Shown here: in pieces, positions 34,250 through 47,494 of the stretch
Layout: each line of letters opens with the position of its first letter
Numbering within the stretch: the first letter of the stretch is position 1
From: Eledone cirrhosa
Lineage: Eukaryota
Assembly (NCBI GenBank): GCA_964016885.1
Contig: OZ024752.1
Span: 22,692,001-22,756,000 of the forward strand
DNA: 64,000 nucleotides
Direction of reading: 5' to 3'
Program-made: the position numbers and the translations under genes
Notes under the pieces: generated by a model
Database searches by the model: none
What the model was told of the DNA's origin: nothing
The model's input: only the letters and a program-made list of their open reading frames with translations

Positions 34250-34257
34250 ATGCATAT

Positions 34258-34289
<32 letters not shown>

Positions 34290-34497
34290 CAAGTAAGTAT
34301 GTTTTGAAACAGTGAGCAGATTTGAAATTAGAAAATAGAATAGCTTTCACCGTATTTTTGACTAAAGGAATTTTAGCCTGATAATGGGGTTTAGAACCCT
34401 CAGATAAATGGAAAAAGATGAGTATTGACGTCAATATTCATCTTTTAGTCAAAAATACGGTGAAATATATATATATATATACACACACACATGTATA

Positions 34498-34528
<31 letters not shown>

Positions 34529-34791
34529 TCATGTTTTATGTGTATTTGGTGTATACGTTCGTATGTTTGCGGGTACAGGTGTTGCGCGGGTTTTGTATGT
34601 GTGCGTGTGGTTTTGTGTACGTGCCTGTATTTGCATACTTATGGCGGGTGTTTTCGCGTATGCATGTGTATGTACGTATATGGATGAGTGCATGTATTTA
34701 TTTATTTAATTATTGTTGATTTCAATTACCCCTGTAATATATTTACATTATTCTTAACTCTGAAGCCGAGAATCATTCGGTTTCCTAAATA

Positions 34792-35070
34792 GAATTTTAG
34801 TCTACAACTTCAGTTATACCATAAATGTGGTTTTGTCTTTGCGTGTAATTGTTCTCATCGCTCCACATAATGACGTATTATCTTCGCTTTTTTTCCATTC
34901 TTTGCCAGGGAATGTCTCCACAAACCACCTAATAGAATATCAGTCTACGACTTCATTTATACCATAAACATAGTTTTGTCTTTGCGTGTAATTGTTTTCA
35001 CCGCTCCAAATAATGACGTATCATCTTCGTTTTTTTCCGTTCTTTGCCAGGGAACGTTTCCACAAACCAA
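34792..35070. repeat. Tandem duplication with a unit of about 143 bp
   Basis: agtctac...ccacaaacca is present twice with scattered differences. Confidence 0.85.
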
Positions 35071-35218
35071 AGTACCGTCTTCCTGTCTTCCTTTGGTTGC
35101 AACAATTTTTGAAATATTTACTTCTGCGTTCACAGATTAATTTTTTTAGTTTCAGAAGATCCCGTTAAGGGTGAAAGCATCGATTCTTTATTTAAACATT
35201 AATCTGTTATTTTAATAA

Positions 35219-35269
<51 letters not shown>

Positions 35270-35296
35270 CATGTATATAGGTTAGTGACATCTAGG

Positions 35297-35585
35297 CAAT
35301 CTCTCTGTATAATCAGTTCCTGATTATTACTGGAATTCTATAAGAATCCAGCCTCTATAATTTTCGGCAGAGGTCAGTGAGTACGCTCTGAGGAACACCA
35401 ACAGTGTGAAACAGAATCTGCCAGCTTCTCTCCCTTCCTTTGCTGAAAAAAGAAGTGACATAGTCACTACTTTAAAATAATATCGCGAGGTCTTCTAAAT
35501 GTTTTTAATTAAACATACAGTATATTACCAAATATACTATACATACATTCATGTATACCTCGCTATTTCAGAGCACCAATCCTAA
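35297..35585 (+). mobile_element. PLE pseudo-LTR-like repeat with degenerate hammerhead (35385-35425)
   Basis: gct CTGAGGA acac-caaca-gtgt GAAA cag-aat-ctg CC agc; homolog of 28781-29065. Confidence 0.6.
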
Positions 35586-35609
35586 TATATATATATACAT
35601 ATATGTATA

Positions 35610-37465
35610 TTCTTTTACTCTTTTACCTGTTCCAGCCATCCGGCTGAGGCCATGCTGGAGCACCACCCTTGTTGCTACACATTTTATCTCCAGCCTGTAT
35701 TGGTTGGCCACTGGTGCAAGAGCGAGTCCGTTGGTTTCCCCCGTGCCTTGCTGTGGGATCATCCGGGATCCTGGATAGCAAGGTCTCGAGAAGTTTTTTG
35801 AAAACATCCACGTCTACACTGTGCTGATCTCTCAGATCCCTTGGCAGCTTGTTGAAGAGTTGAGGGCCCTTGAATCCCAGGCTATTGCAATATCTGCTCC
35901 TTATTGACACCACACAGTGACGTCCTGTTTGGGAGTTGGTCCAGCTCCCAATGCCAAAGTTTGGTGCTAGTCTCTCCAGGTTTTTCCATATGTATATCAC
36001 TGCATATCTCTCCTGTCTTCGTTCCAAGGAATAGAGGTTCAGTTCTTTTAGCCTCTCCCAGTAGCTCATCTCCTTCATCGTGCAATCCTCTTGGTGTAGC
36101 TTCGCTGGATTGCCTGAAGCTCCGTGGTTAGTTTGACACTATGGGGTGACCACAACTGGGAGCAATAGTCCAGGCGGCTTAGGACAACTGTCCTCCATAG
36201 TGTCAACATGGTGTCTCGGTCTCTTGTCCGGAAAGGCCCCAAGATCCAGCCAGCGAGTCATCTGCACATTGTCGCCACTTTCATGATGTGTGAGGAAAAA
36301 GATGCATCGTCGCTCACGTCTATTCCCAGGTCTCGTATCGATTTTGACACGGGAATTTCAGTCCCTCCTGGTCCAGTGTAACTGTGTTGTACTGTATTTG
36401 TGTTTGCAGGTTGGTATTGTAGGGCTTGAAATTTTCCAGCATTAAACTGCATGTTGTCTTCAGCCCATTTGTATATGGCATCCAGATCTTGTTGTAAAAG
36501 GGCAGTATCAGCCAGGTTTTTGATTGCCTGTGCTACCTTAGTGTAATCAGCATAGCTAGTGAGGGATGTTGTGTGTACTACAGAGGGCATGTCTGAGAGA
36601 GCCACCAAAAACAGTAGTGGTCCCAGGACTGTGCCTTGGGGCACCCCACTTGTTATTGATGTTTCCTTTGAGAGGGCCCCGTTTGCTGCAACTGTCTGAC
36701 TTCTGTCCTTTAAGAAGTTATGCAGCCACTCACCTACTTTTCCAGTTATGCCGAGTCTGTGTAGTTTGTGACATATCATTCCATGGTCGACCTTGTCAAA
36801 GGCCTTCGCAAAGTCAAGATATATCACGTCCACATGTGTGCTGTCTAGCAGTTGTTTCAGTACCCAGTCATAGTGATGTAGCAGCTTCTTCCTGAGCGAA
36901 AGCCATGCTGCGTGCTAGTCAGGCGGTCATTTTGCTGGAGGAAAGTGATCAGTTTCTTTCTGATGATTTGCTCCATGACCTTACTGATATGTGACATCAG
37001 GGAGACTGGCCTATAGTTTTTGGCCTCCGCTCTGCTACCTCCTTTATGGATAGGGCATATTGTGCCTTCTTTCATCTCCCTGGGTAGTCTACCACTAGCC
37101 AAGGAGCTTCTGAAGAGTGTCGTCAGTGGAGTTGCTAAGGCCCACTTACATGTTTTTAAGAGCACTGCTGGGAATAATCCATCAGGTCCAGCAGCTGAGT
37201 CTGTTCTAATTTCATCTATGGTGTATACCACATCCTCCTCCGTTATGTCTATGTGGTTGATGTTCACCATTTCTTTATGGAGTGTTGTGGCATCAAAGAA
37301 ATCCTCTGGCTTTGTTATTTGCATGTGCCTCAGTGGACATGTGAACACACTTTTGTACTGTTCATTCAGTATTTCACTTATCTCTTGGTGATTCTCAGTT
37401 ACTGAACCATCTTTATGGAAGAGTGGCCCAATCTTGCAGTGTACCGAGGCAGTCTCTTTTGTTTT
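35610..37465 (-). mobile_element. CR1-group LINE (second family), decayed 3' portion with (GTAAAAGA)2 tail
   Basis: AAGPDG, IHKGG, NYRPVSL, QHGFRSGRSC, YLDFAKAFD, SGVPQGTVLGP, YADY, LYSLERRQER. Confidence 0.92.
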
Positions 37466-38998
37466 AATATCTTTTATGGTCCTGCTTTCTTTCTTTGCCC
37501 TGGGAAAGTTTGAGTGCAATTTCGATGTCAAGTAGTGCATGTTTCAAATAGGATTCCTTCTTGTCTTTGTTTTTTTTGTTGTGTTCAAGAGGTTTGAGAG
37601 CTTAATTCCTAATCTTGTGGGGTTGTTGGGTGTCCGCCGTGATCCATCGCGGGGTTGTGCACAGCTCAGGTCGAGCTCGGTTGGGGCTATAAACCTGCGC
37701 GGTGCGGCCTCCCTGCTCAATGAGGGTTCGGCGGGTGGTGGGGCCGGTGCCTAAGCTCCACACCGCAGTGGTCTTCATCGTTAGACTGGTGGGGTATGCG
37801 GGACCTTCTACCGGGGGTGGTGACAGATAGGGGTCTGGGAGTGTTACTACTGGTCACCGAGGTATTAGGTGGGTGACTCATGCTCCTGAGGGTATTGGCT
37901 CGGGGCTCCCTTGGGTCATCTCGGTCATGTCCCTTAGGGTTATAGCTGATCCTATGGCTGTGGGACGCCTTGGCTAGCGCTGAGTTATAGTAATCAGCGT
38001 TACTATTGAAGATCTCTTTATTGGCAGACAAGTTAGAGATCCTGTCAGAGACACTCTTAACTACGGCCTTAACTATAGATCTAGGGTGATTGGACCCAGC
38101 CTCTCATTGGGTTTATGATATGGGTGGTGTAGCTTGGTGTTGAGGTTGAGGGTGGTGTCCAGGAAATTCACTACTTTTCTATTGGGTTCCATCTCTACTT
38201 TAAGTCCTACCTTGCTAAAGAAGCGTCTAATTCTCCTCTTCATATTTTCGACCATTGTGGTGCTGTTGTCCATGACAATGAAGAGTGCATCGTCTCGGTA
38301 CAGTCCGCCACCCAGGTTGGGTATTTCGCTCCTGATCTCGTAGAGTATGTATATCCCAACCAAGTCCGTTAGGTGTGCGGAGTCACTGGAGCCCATTGTA
38401 ATATCAAAATTATTTGGCCAGTCACTCCGGGTCCATATGTCCCCACCGAATTGGATCAGGGTATTTCTGGCGGCGTGTATGATTCGGACCTCGTCGCCCG
38501 TTAGGTCTGTCCTATTCATCGCGAATGTGAGTGCCTTGTTCAGGACTATGGGCGAGATAGAGTAGTAATTGTTGATGTCTAGTTGTATGAAGCTAGTCCT
38601 ATGTTTGTCAGGTAAAAATGTAAACCAGCCCAGCACCTTATTTTACTCTTAAGTGTGGGCAGGATCCTATCTAAAATGCTTTTGCTGATAACTCCCATGT
38701 CTGACCAGGAGGGGGTTATCAGTCTGACCGGCAGGTTAGACTCAAAGTTTGGTTTGCTGTCCTTAATGGTAATCCTCGGCTCCCTTGGTTGGTATGGGGC
38801 CGTCCTATCATCAATGCCAAGACCAGATACGATCTCAAAAGCCTTGATGTTGATATCCTCCAGGGTAGCCTCGGGCGTTTTTTTGTAGCTTTTTCTCAAT
38901 TCCCTGAGGATTAGCTCATGGTAAAGTTGAACGTCCATGCTGTAAAGGGGGTTGGTTTTGTCGGCATGGACGAGTATTCCTATAGATTCCTTAAGCTC
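37466..38998 (-). pseudogene. Penelope-like (Naiad-type) reverse transcriptase fragment with a long Pro/Arg/Ser-rich linker
   Basis: ADKT, YKK, ITIKDSKPNF, VRLITP, GVISKSILD, FIQLDINNYY, FDITMGS, GLYRDDAL, NFLDTTLNL, YNSAL; frameshifted. Confidence 0.85.
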
Positions 38999-39000
38999 GG

Positions 39001-39280
39001 TATGTTGTGGTACCAACATAACTTTACAGATAAAGGGGTGGTGTAGATGGGGGTGGGGGTAGGGGTAGTGGGATTGGGGGTGTATTTTTGGTTAGGAGGT
39101 GCCTACTGACCGTGGGTTTCGCTTTGTACTTAGGCAAGGCGGGTCTTCTGTATTACTGCGTAGCATCAAAGATCCAGCTCCTGGTTGTGTTGTTATTTCC
39201 TTGAGGAATACAGAAGACCCGCTTTGCCTAAGTACAAAGTGAAACCCACAGTCAGTAGGCACCTCTTAACCAAAAATACA
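39001..39280. mobile_element. RTE ORF-end/3'UTR fragment (minus) with a 74-bp fold-back copy (plus)
   Basis: 39001-39173 is the reverse-complement homolog of about 33845-34020; 39207-39280 is an inverted copy of 39081-39154. Confidence 0.8.
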
Positions 39281-40284
39281 TATATATACATATATATATA
39301 TATATATGAAACGCCTTCTCGATTCTGTCCGCCGGGGTCGTAGGGCGGTCAGCATGTGGGACCCCATTTGCTCATAATAATAGGAGCAGATTGTGAGAGA
39401 GTAAAAGCGGATCTGTTGCCATATATTGTTTCATCCATCCATATCCAGTTTTGGTCTTTAGGGTGCTTCCATCACCACACATCCATGAGCTCAGCTAGTC
39501 TCGCTTGGGGATCCAGCCAGATCAATTAGAGATGGTTGCTTCTGACAGGACCCACTGGAAGGCATGCTTGAGAACTTTGCCCCTATGACCTTCTCAGTAA
39601 TAAGTGGTCGAATATTAATAATATATATCACTATTGTTAATTATATATAGAGGCACCATCCACATGAAAAACATTAGTTAAGCTCGCATTGAAAACTTAA
39701 TGCATTGCTTAATTGTAGAATCACAGTTTTGTGACTGACATTCATGAGAAGAGGATAATAAAATAGCAGGAATATTTCAGTCACGACCAAGTCATTAGGT
39801 GAGATGCCTGTACATATAAAGTGGGTATATTTTTACACCCATCTTACTTTGGAGGTGAAATTTATGTTATCTGACCTTCGAAACTGTTGAAAATTATTGT
39901 TTTTTATTTAACTGGGTGACTAGGTTGTGGGAGAGGAGCTAACCTCCAAGTGTGATGGGTGTAATAGTAAAACATTACCAAATAGTGCAACCAATGTTTG
40001 CATGAAACAAGCAATAGCTGGGGATATGCAAGGAATGGTGCAAACATAATTGTTGTCTGGATGTAGATTGGGCAATTAAGATATGGTTAGAAGACAAAGA
40101 TATTAATAGTTGATTGTTGTTGTGTAGCCACACAACAGTTTATGTGTACAGTAATTTGTTTGTGCCAAATGTATGGTATATTGTTGTGTATTCATGTAGC
40201 TATAGTATGTTGTTGTATAGCCACGATGGTTAAAATGCATGGTGTGTTGTTGATGTTCTCACAACTGGAACAAAGCAGTGTGTT

Positions 40285-40730
40285 AGTGTAAATCGAGGTG
40301 TTGTTGGGGAAAAATGTGTTAGAAATGATGCTGGTACACTTAGCATCACTGATGCCCAAATAAAAGAGGTTTGGAAATGTTACTATAAGAGATCAATGTA
40401 TGTAGAGAATGAATGGGAGGAAGAGAGATTACCCACAACTTGATGTACATTAAGGAATCAACCAGTTATAATTAATTAATCACTTAACCATTAACGCTAC
40501 AAAATACTTCAGCAATGTTGGTCACTGCCTCGTCTCTCTGGTTCTCTCCATATCTCTCTATTATAAGGGGGGGGGGGGCATGTCCTGGCAGTCCTGGTGG
40601 GCCAGATATTGAAGTCAAAGAATCAATCAAAGATATGAAGAATGGTAGAGCTGTGGGATGTCAGAGATAGTTGCTGAGATGCTAAAAGCATCAGGAGAAG
40701 TAGGATTCTAATTAGTACACTGCATAGTCT
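40285..40730 (+). pseudogene. Highly decayed RTE ORF2 fragment
   Basis: [40 protein letters not shown]; homologous to 1612-1870. Confidence 0.7.
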
Positions 40731-41339
40731 TTTTTCTTTTGTTTGTATTCCTGTTTGATTTCTTTTCCTGCTGCCAAGGTTGACAACCACTTAACTCTAC
40801 ACCCAAACAACCCACCTTCTCATTCAACCATTCTATGCTAGCTCGCCTCTCATTACACTACAATGATGTGATTTGCTCTTTGAACTCCATTTGTATTCCA
40901 TCATAAACCCAGTTCTTTTGTACTTGATCTTAGTTCTCTCTCATCATTCCTCAGCCTAGACTTTGGACGTTGCTAATTCTTCCTCCTTCTCTCCAGAAAT
41001 TTCAAAATTCTTGCTTTCAGCAATTCAAACTGAACACAGAGTTAATGTTACACAGTTATTCTTATCCTTCTCCTGGCCATATTTATAAAAAGAACAGATT
41101 GTTTTTCTTTTTCAATTACTGTATATACTTGAATATAAGCTGAGAAATATGTAACAAAAAAAATCAATAGTAAAATAGAAGGGGGTGGGTGGGTCAGCTT
41201 ATATATGCTATCCAAATAATGTGTTGATTAGTTGCCCCAGTTTATAAATGGGATTTTGATTTTAGCCCGTTTCTCAGACATAAAATAAGGGTGGAAGACT
41301 TATATTCAAGTATATATGGTAGTATTATTTTTTAATTAA

Positions 41340-41530
41340 GGGCGGTGGATTGGCAGTATCGGTAGAGGGTCGGACGCCATGCTTTCCAGCATAGTTACGT
41401 CCCTTTACGATCTGAGTTCAAATCCCGCCGAGGTTGACTTTGCCTTTCATCCTTACGGGGTCGATAAAATAAAGTACCAGTAATGCACTGGATAATTGCT
41501 GGCCTTGTGCCTAAAGTAGAAACAATTATT
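41340..41530 (+). mobile_element. tRNA-derived SINE
   Basis: Nearly identical to 21410-21600. Confidence 0.9.
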
Positions 41531-43003
41531 TTTTAATAAATAAGTATTTTGAGAGATTTTTTTTTCCATGATGATGCCTATAATCAAAGATGTTTGTTTC
41601 AGCTTTTGCCATCCCACCTTTTTGTAAAGTCATGACTGCGCTGTTCAATGTGTCCTTCATTTGCTTTTTCTAGCTGGTTTAGCAGCCATACAGACTCCTT
41701 GGTTGGATTATTTGATTTAAATGTATGTTATGATGCTATCTGGAATACAATTCAATAAAGTGTCTACCTTTTAAACCTGGAGGGATGGGCTCCACCAGCT
41801 TTTAAAATGCCCTAGAAATGCTGTATGTCAATATGGCATCCCTAAAACTCCCTCAGGAGTTAAGGGTCCATACATATACTACCTTTTAAATTTTCACATT
41901 ATCATCTATGTCAACATCGTCGTTGTTTATCATTCATTTTCCCTGCTAACAAGAATTGAACATGTTGTCACAGACTGGTTGGTACTCAAGTGGAGCCTCA
42001 GACATCCATGTGGGCTGGTGGCCCAATATATCATCTTGCACTCTACTGAGTGAATTTTGTCATGGCACCAACTCTAGGGAAGTTGTTATGTCTTTAGCAT
42101 AGCTGAAGAGTCTTCGTGACCTTTTGTTTGGCAGGGTTTCTACAGCTGGATGCCTTTCCTGTCACCAACCACTTTACAGAATGAACTTGGTGATCATTTA
42201 TCATGTAGTTCACCAACACTAGAAAAGTTGTGATGCCCCTGACACAACTAAAGAGTCTTCTTGACCTTTTATTTCATAATGAAATTTCAACAGATTTTAA
42301 TTTAAATATGAAAACTTTAATATTAGTCAGTGGTCTTCGATAGGTTGAAAAATTACCATAGTTCTGTATGAAAAATCTATGGACATTAGCTTTTCTTTTG
42401 AGTCAATGAATCCTGATAGATATTTTTTAGCAAATTAATTTGAGTTGTGATGCTTAATTACTCGATGATTATCATATTATTTTATTTCATCAGAAAAAGA
42501 AAAAAACACGTAATATTCTGATTAGTTATCACACTTAAAATAAAATTGTAAGTTTTAAAAATATAAAGCATTTTTCTGGTGTTGGGGGTGGGGCTATCTT
42601 TGGAAGATAATAATTTTATAACTTTTTCTGTTTTATTTTTCATTCTTTTGCTTTAACCCCCCCCCCCCCCCCAAAAAAAAACAACAACAACACCTTTTGG
42701 TCATATGGGAACTTATGTTTTCCTCTTCCAGCTGCTGTTTTATCTAGGACTAAACATATTGCTAAACTCCCAGTAGCCATATCACCTTATCTCTCATACA
42801 ATATTATGATGTATCATTATTCTTATCTCATTGATATGATATGTCAATGGTCTACTTTGAATAGCAACAGTTTCCCTATCTCTTCCATTCTTGTAAACTC
42901 TTTCTGAAGCTAAATATATTAAAGAGAAAACTCTGTTTAGTATCTACATAATCCAAATCTACCGGCAACTTAGTATCAATCTTATATCACCAGGGACAGC
43001 CAT

Positions 43004-43275
43004 TTAACCTTTAGCATTTAAACCAGCCATATCCAGCTAGAATTCTCTCACCTCTTTCTGTCCAAACCAGCCATAACCAGCCAGAATTCTCTCACCTCTT
43101 TCTGTTCAAACTGGCCATAACTGGCCCCTCATACTGACTTTGAGGTATTGTTCACAAAATAAATAATATCAAAATCTCATAGATTTGATATTATGTGGGA
43201 TAATTATGTGAAATAAAGTGTTTACTGTGAAAATACAGTAGTAAGTATAGAGTAATACAAATGTTAAAGGGTTAA
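43004..43275. mobile_element. piggyBac-like MITE (family 1, internal duplication)
   Basis: TTAA...AAAGGG-TTAA; homolog of 20309-20526. Confidence 0.78.
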
Positions 43276-43534
43276 ATACTCCTTGCTATCAGAAACATGT
43301 CAGTGCAAAGATGTAAAACATTTGATTATATCCTCTTGCAAGATTGGTTTGTGGAATATATTGAAATGTTTGGATATTTTACTCGTTGCACTAGATATGC
43401 TATATGTATGCAAGGTTTGCTTTGCAACCACTCAGTTTCAGTTTCTTAAACTGCTCTGTCATGGTCTGATGAACTTATAATAAACATGAAGGGGCTATCC
43501 TTGATGAACACCTATTTGCCCATCGAATGCCCCA

Positions 43535-43746
43535 TTAACTTTTTAGCATTTAAACCAGCTGTATCCAGCCAGAATTCTCTCATCTCTTTCTGTTCAAACC
43601 AGCCATAACTGGCTGCTCATACTGCTGTTAAGGTATTATTCTCAAAATAAATAACATCAAAATCTCAGATTCGATATTATGTGAGGTAAAGCCTTTACCA
43701 TGAAAATTTAATAGTATATAGAGTAATGTAAATGCTAAAGAATTAA
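43535..43746. mobile_element. piggyBac-like MITE (family 1, degenerate TIRs)
   Basis: Internal homology to 20309 and 43004; TTAA at both ends. Confidence 0.72.
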
Positions 43747-44053
43747 ACTCATTATCTATTCTCATTTTATTGAAAGCCCCTCTGTACATTATTTGCACAG
43801 CTCTCATAAGCCACTCACCTACACCCAGTTTCTTAAAGTACCATCAGATGTCAAAGGCTTTCTCTAGATCTACAAAAGCTAGATATAACAACTTATACTG
43901 AACTCGTAATTTCTCTTGTAGTTGTCTCACTAAGAAGAGGATATCTTTCCTAGTACATCTTCTAATTTGATTCTTTCCCTTATTAGTTGTGCTGACACTC
44001 TATACACCCAAACGCATACACATGCATGTGCGTGCATGCACACACACACACAC

Positions 44054-44208
44054 GACAGGTTTCCAAACAGTTTCCGTCTACCAAATACAACTCTCACAAT
44101 ATTAGTTGATCAGAAGCTATGTTAGAAGACACTTGTCCACAGTGTTTGTACATTGGATTCGCACCTAGAACCACATGGTTGCAAAGCAAACTTCTTAATG
44201 ACACAGCC
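44054..44208 (-). mobile_element. Second tRNA-derived SINE family (CORE-like), decayed
   Basis: Minus: GGCTGTGTCATTAAG (A-box-like), GGTTCTAGGTGCGAATCC, GGACAAGTGTCTTCTA, GGTAGACGGAAACTG, then (TG)n. Confidence 0.6.
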
Positions 44209-44574
44209 CTTCTCTACATTGTTGATTAGTTGAATCAGAGATTCTTGAATTTGAATAGCAAGCCTTGAATATAAAGAGAACCAGGTCAACACAGTACAGT
44301 TGTTACTCCATCATCACTCACAAGTGAGGTGAGTGATAATCACATCTGGAGTGTCTTTGATCATAAACCTGCTCCATCAGGATTAACCTGGAGTTAAACA
44401 ACACAATAAGGGAGCAGACTTTCATAGAAATAGCAACCATATCTCCTTAAAACCACAGCTTGCTTGATTAAGATGATGGTGCTGATGATGATATATATAT
44501 ATATATATATATATAAGACTCATTGGACAGTATAGTCTTGGATACACTATCTAAAAAAAGTCTAATGTGTATCT

Positions 44575-44830
44575 CAAGCCTGGAGGCTCATCAGGCCGGT
44601 GCTTATCCTGGATTCCATGGCGTGAACTGACTGAGAACACAAAACTTTCCCCTGGACAGAACGCCAGTTCATCGCAGAGTTAAATCCTTAGCTATTGCTA
44701 GTTGGCATTTTCAGCTGAGTATACTGAAGCAACATGAAATGAAGTGTTTTGCTCTAGAAAACAACCCAGTCCAGGAATTGAACCCACAACATTATGATCA
44801 TATCTCCAACACCCTTATCACTAGGCCACT
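44575..44830 (-). mobile_element. Third tRNA-derived SINE family (V-domain-like)
   Basis: Minus: GTGGCCTAGTGAT (A box), GGGTTCAATTCC (B box), GCGATGAACTGGCGTTCTGTCCAGGGG. Confidence 0.55.
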
Positions 44831-47494
44831 ATCTGAAAGGAAAAATATGGAGTGGTTGTGGCTGGAGTAGTTTTGATCATAGTTTTGCTACATCAAGGCT
44901 AAAAAATAACAGCAACCATAATAGCAACCCTTATCCATCAAAACAGCTTCTATATGTTGTTCAAACTGCTCAATGTTGCAGTGAAATAGTTTACCCCTTC
45001 AATGATGATGATGATGATGAATACTAACCTGACTGAGACTGCTCATGATTCTATGACATGAAATCTCTCATTTCAAATTATATATATCTAAATTAAAACT
45101 TTCCATAATTATTTTATGTAAGAAACTTTTGTTAAGTTATGTTCCTCACACAAGTTTAATAATAGCAAAGTTATTTATTTTGCTAATTCCATCTAAATTT
45201 TAGTTATTTTCTAAATTCACTGAAACACAGAGGAGGTGTCTTTTCATTATAAATATTGTAATGGATGGGTTAACAGTTTCTCCACCATCTCACTACCATT
45301 TGAGAGAAGAGACAAAGTTGAATATTTGTTAATTATACAATTATATAATTGCTGTTTAGCCCCAGGTCAACTCTGAAGAAGCAGCCCTAATATTAACCTG
45401 TAAAAACCATGATCATCTCACCTTTTAGTATATTAAGGACTACATAATTCAATATGTTCCTGCTTTAAAAAAAATGAAGATGTAACTCAAATGATATTTG
45501 GCTGCTATTTCTAGCAGGTCGAGTGATTACACAAGTTCACTCATCAGCTTCTCAATAAGGTTATTGGTTTTGTTTAGCCGTAGGTTAAATCTGACTGAAC
45601 AGACCTAGGATAAGAGATCACAGTATCCAATGAGTCCTTTGTTTTAAATGGTGGTAGTATGTGAATGGAGGGAGATTTAGATGCTACTTCTAGCAGGTCA
45701 ATTAACTACACAGAGGTTCCCTTATTCACTTGTTTGTTGTTAGTAGAGGTTGTACTGTTAAATGAATAGACTTGAACTGTTCCACATGAGTGGATCTACA
45801 ACATGAAATATTTAAAAGAAACTTGTTTTTCCAAAACAACAGATATGTAGATAGAAAAAAATCCATATGCCTTTGAATAACCTTATTTATTTTAGAAGTG
45901 GTTTTCTTGTATGCATACTGGTATTCTCTGTCAGTTCTCCATTTTGTTTTATCTTTCTATTCCTTCTATTTCATTTTATAATTATCTCTGTCTTCATTAT
46001 TCCAATCTCTCTCTTTAGTTTTATCTCTCTAGCTCTCTCTCTCTATCTCTGTTTTATGTCTTTGTCATTATCTCTCTTTTCATCTGTTGTCGTTTTGTCA
46101 TGTTCTTCACTCTATATCTTCCTGACTTTATCTAACTATCTATTCAATCATCCACTCCTTCCTTTCTTCAATTTTTTATTTTATTTTATATCAGTTCACC
46201 TCAGACCATTTCTGATTCGCTGATACAAAATTGTTCATTTTTAATTGTCCATATTTAACCCTTTGGACACAAAAGTTTTTGAAACTGTCCCTGGTTTTTG
46301 GCAACAAAGCTGTTTATTCTAAAGTGTTTATATTTGAATTTAAACCTTCCATTATAATTTTATGCAAGAACATTTGTTAAGTTATATTCCAAACACCAAC
46401 TTTATAACAAAATATTTATTTTACAAAATTCTTTCAAACATCAGAATAATAATGACAAAGTTTATTCTTTTACTAAATTTACCTGTTATCATTGTTGTTT
46501 CAACATCTGCTTTCCCTGCTAGCAAGGAAGGTTTATTTAAAATTAATTGAAACAACAGTACGTTAGAATCATCATCATGTTAATGAAAGTGTTATGTCCA
46601 CTCATCCTTTCAGAAGCAGTACAAAAGAGGAAAACAAGAGTAAAAAGTTTTTTTAGATACTGTAATATTATGTAAAGAGGCGAATTGGCAGAGTCATTAG
46701 AATGTTGAATAGAATGCTTTATGGCAGGGGTTCTCAACCTTTTTTTCGCTGTGGACCACCAAAATAAGTAATTTTTTCCTGTGGACCACCTAAACTTTAA
46801 AATCTTTTGTAATAGAACTGCTACATCAGTAGATGTTTTTTTTCAATGAATTAGAAAATGCTATTATAATGTTCCAGTGCCTAAAAATCTACGCAAATAA
46901 ACAGCTGAAGTCGTACTTATGAGAAGAATAAGAACAGCGCTTTAAGTCAAATGCATGGATCAAAAAAGAATTTGCTATTGCACCAAGCAACGCATAACTT
47001 ATTCGTTATTAATTCAAATTTTTTCAATTACATATCTCAGCGACATTGATGTTGAGAATAAGTTTCTACTTCTAATTGGTAAGATCGATTTGATTGGTCA
47101 ATACCATTTTCACTTTGCAATGAAAGTTCCTTTTTTGTTCCCCTAAGGGACATGTTTTAAGCACCAAGACGACAGAGAACAAACAAATGAGAACACCAAT
47201 AAGAAAACCAATTTGAAAATGTCTGTTTTTTCAATAAAGCTTTATTTGATAGAATTGAGTAGAAAAAGGTTACTGAGTCCTGGAAAACACTCCCTATCAT
47301 TCAGATGAAATGGAAAGCTGTACAGTTTAAATATGATAATGTGTAGGGTAAGTTAAAAAAATGTGAAGATTTAAGTTGGGATCAGTACAAAAGGTTGTGT
47401 AAACGTTTGAGGGAATACAACAAATTGAATTGAATTAAAAATGTCAACGACAACACAATTACGCCACGTCATCAGACAACACGTAAAAAAACTG

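Noticed and set aside
35150-35190. Hammerhead-like CAGAAGA tccc-gttaa-gggt GAAA
   Set aside because: Core mutated and stems I and III unconvincing; at most a decayed motif.
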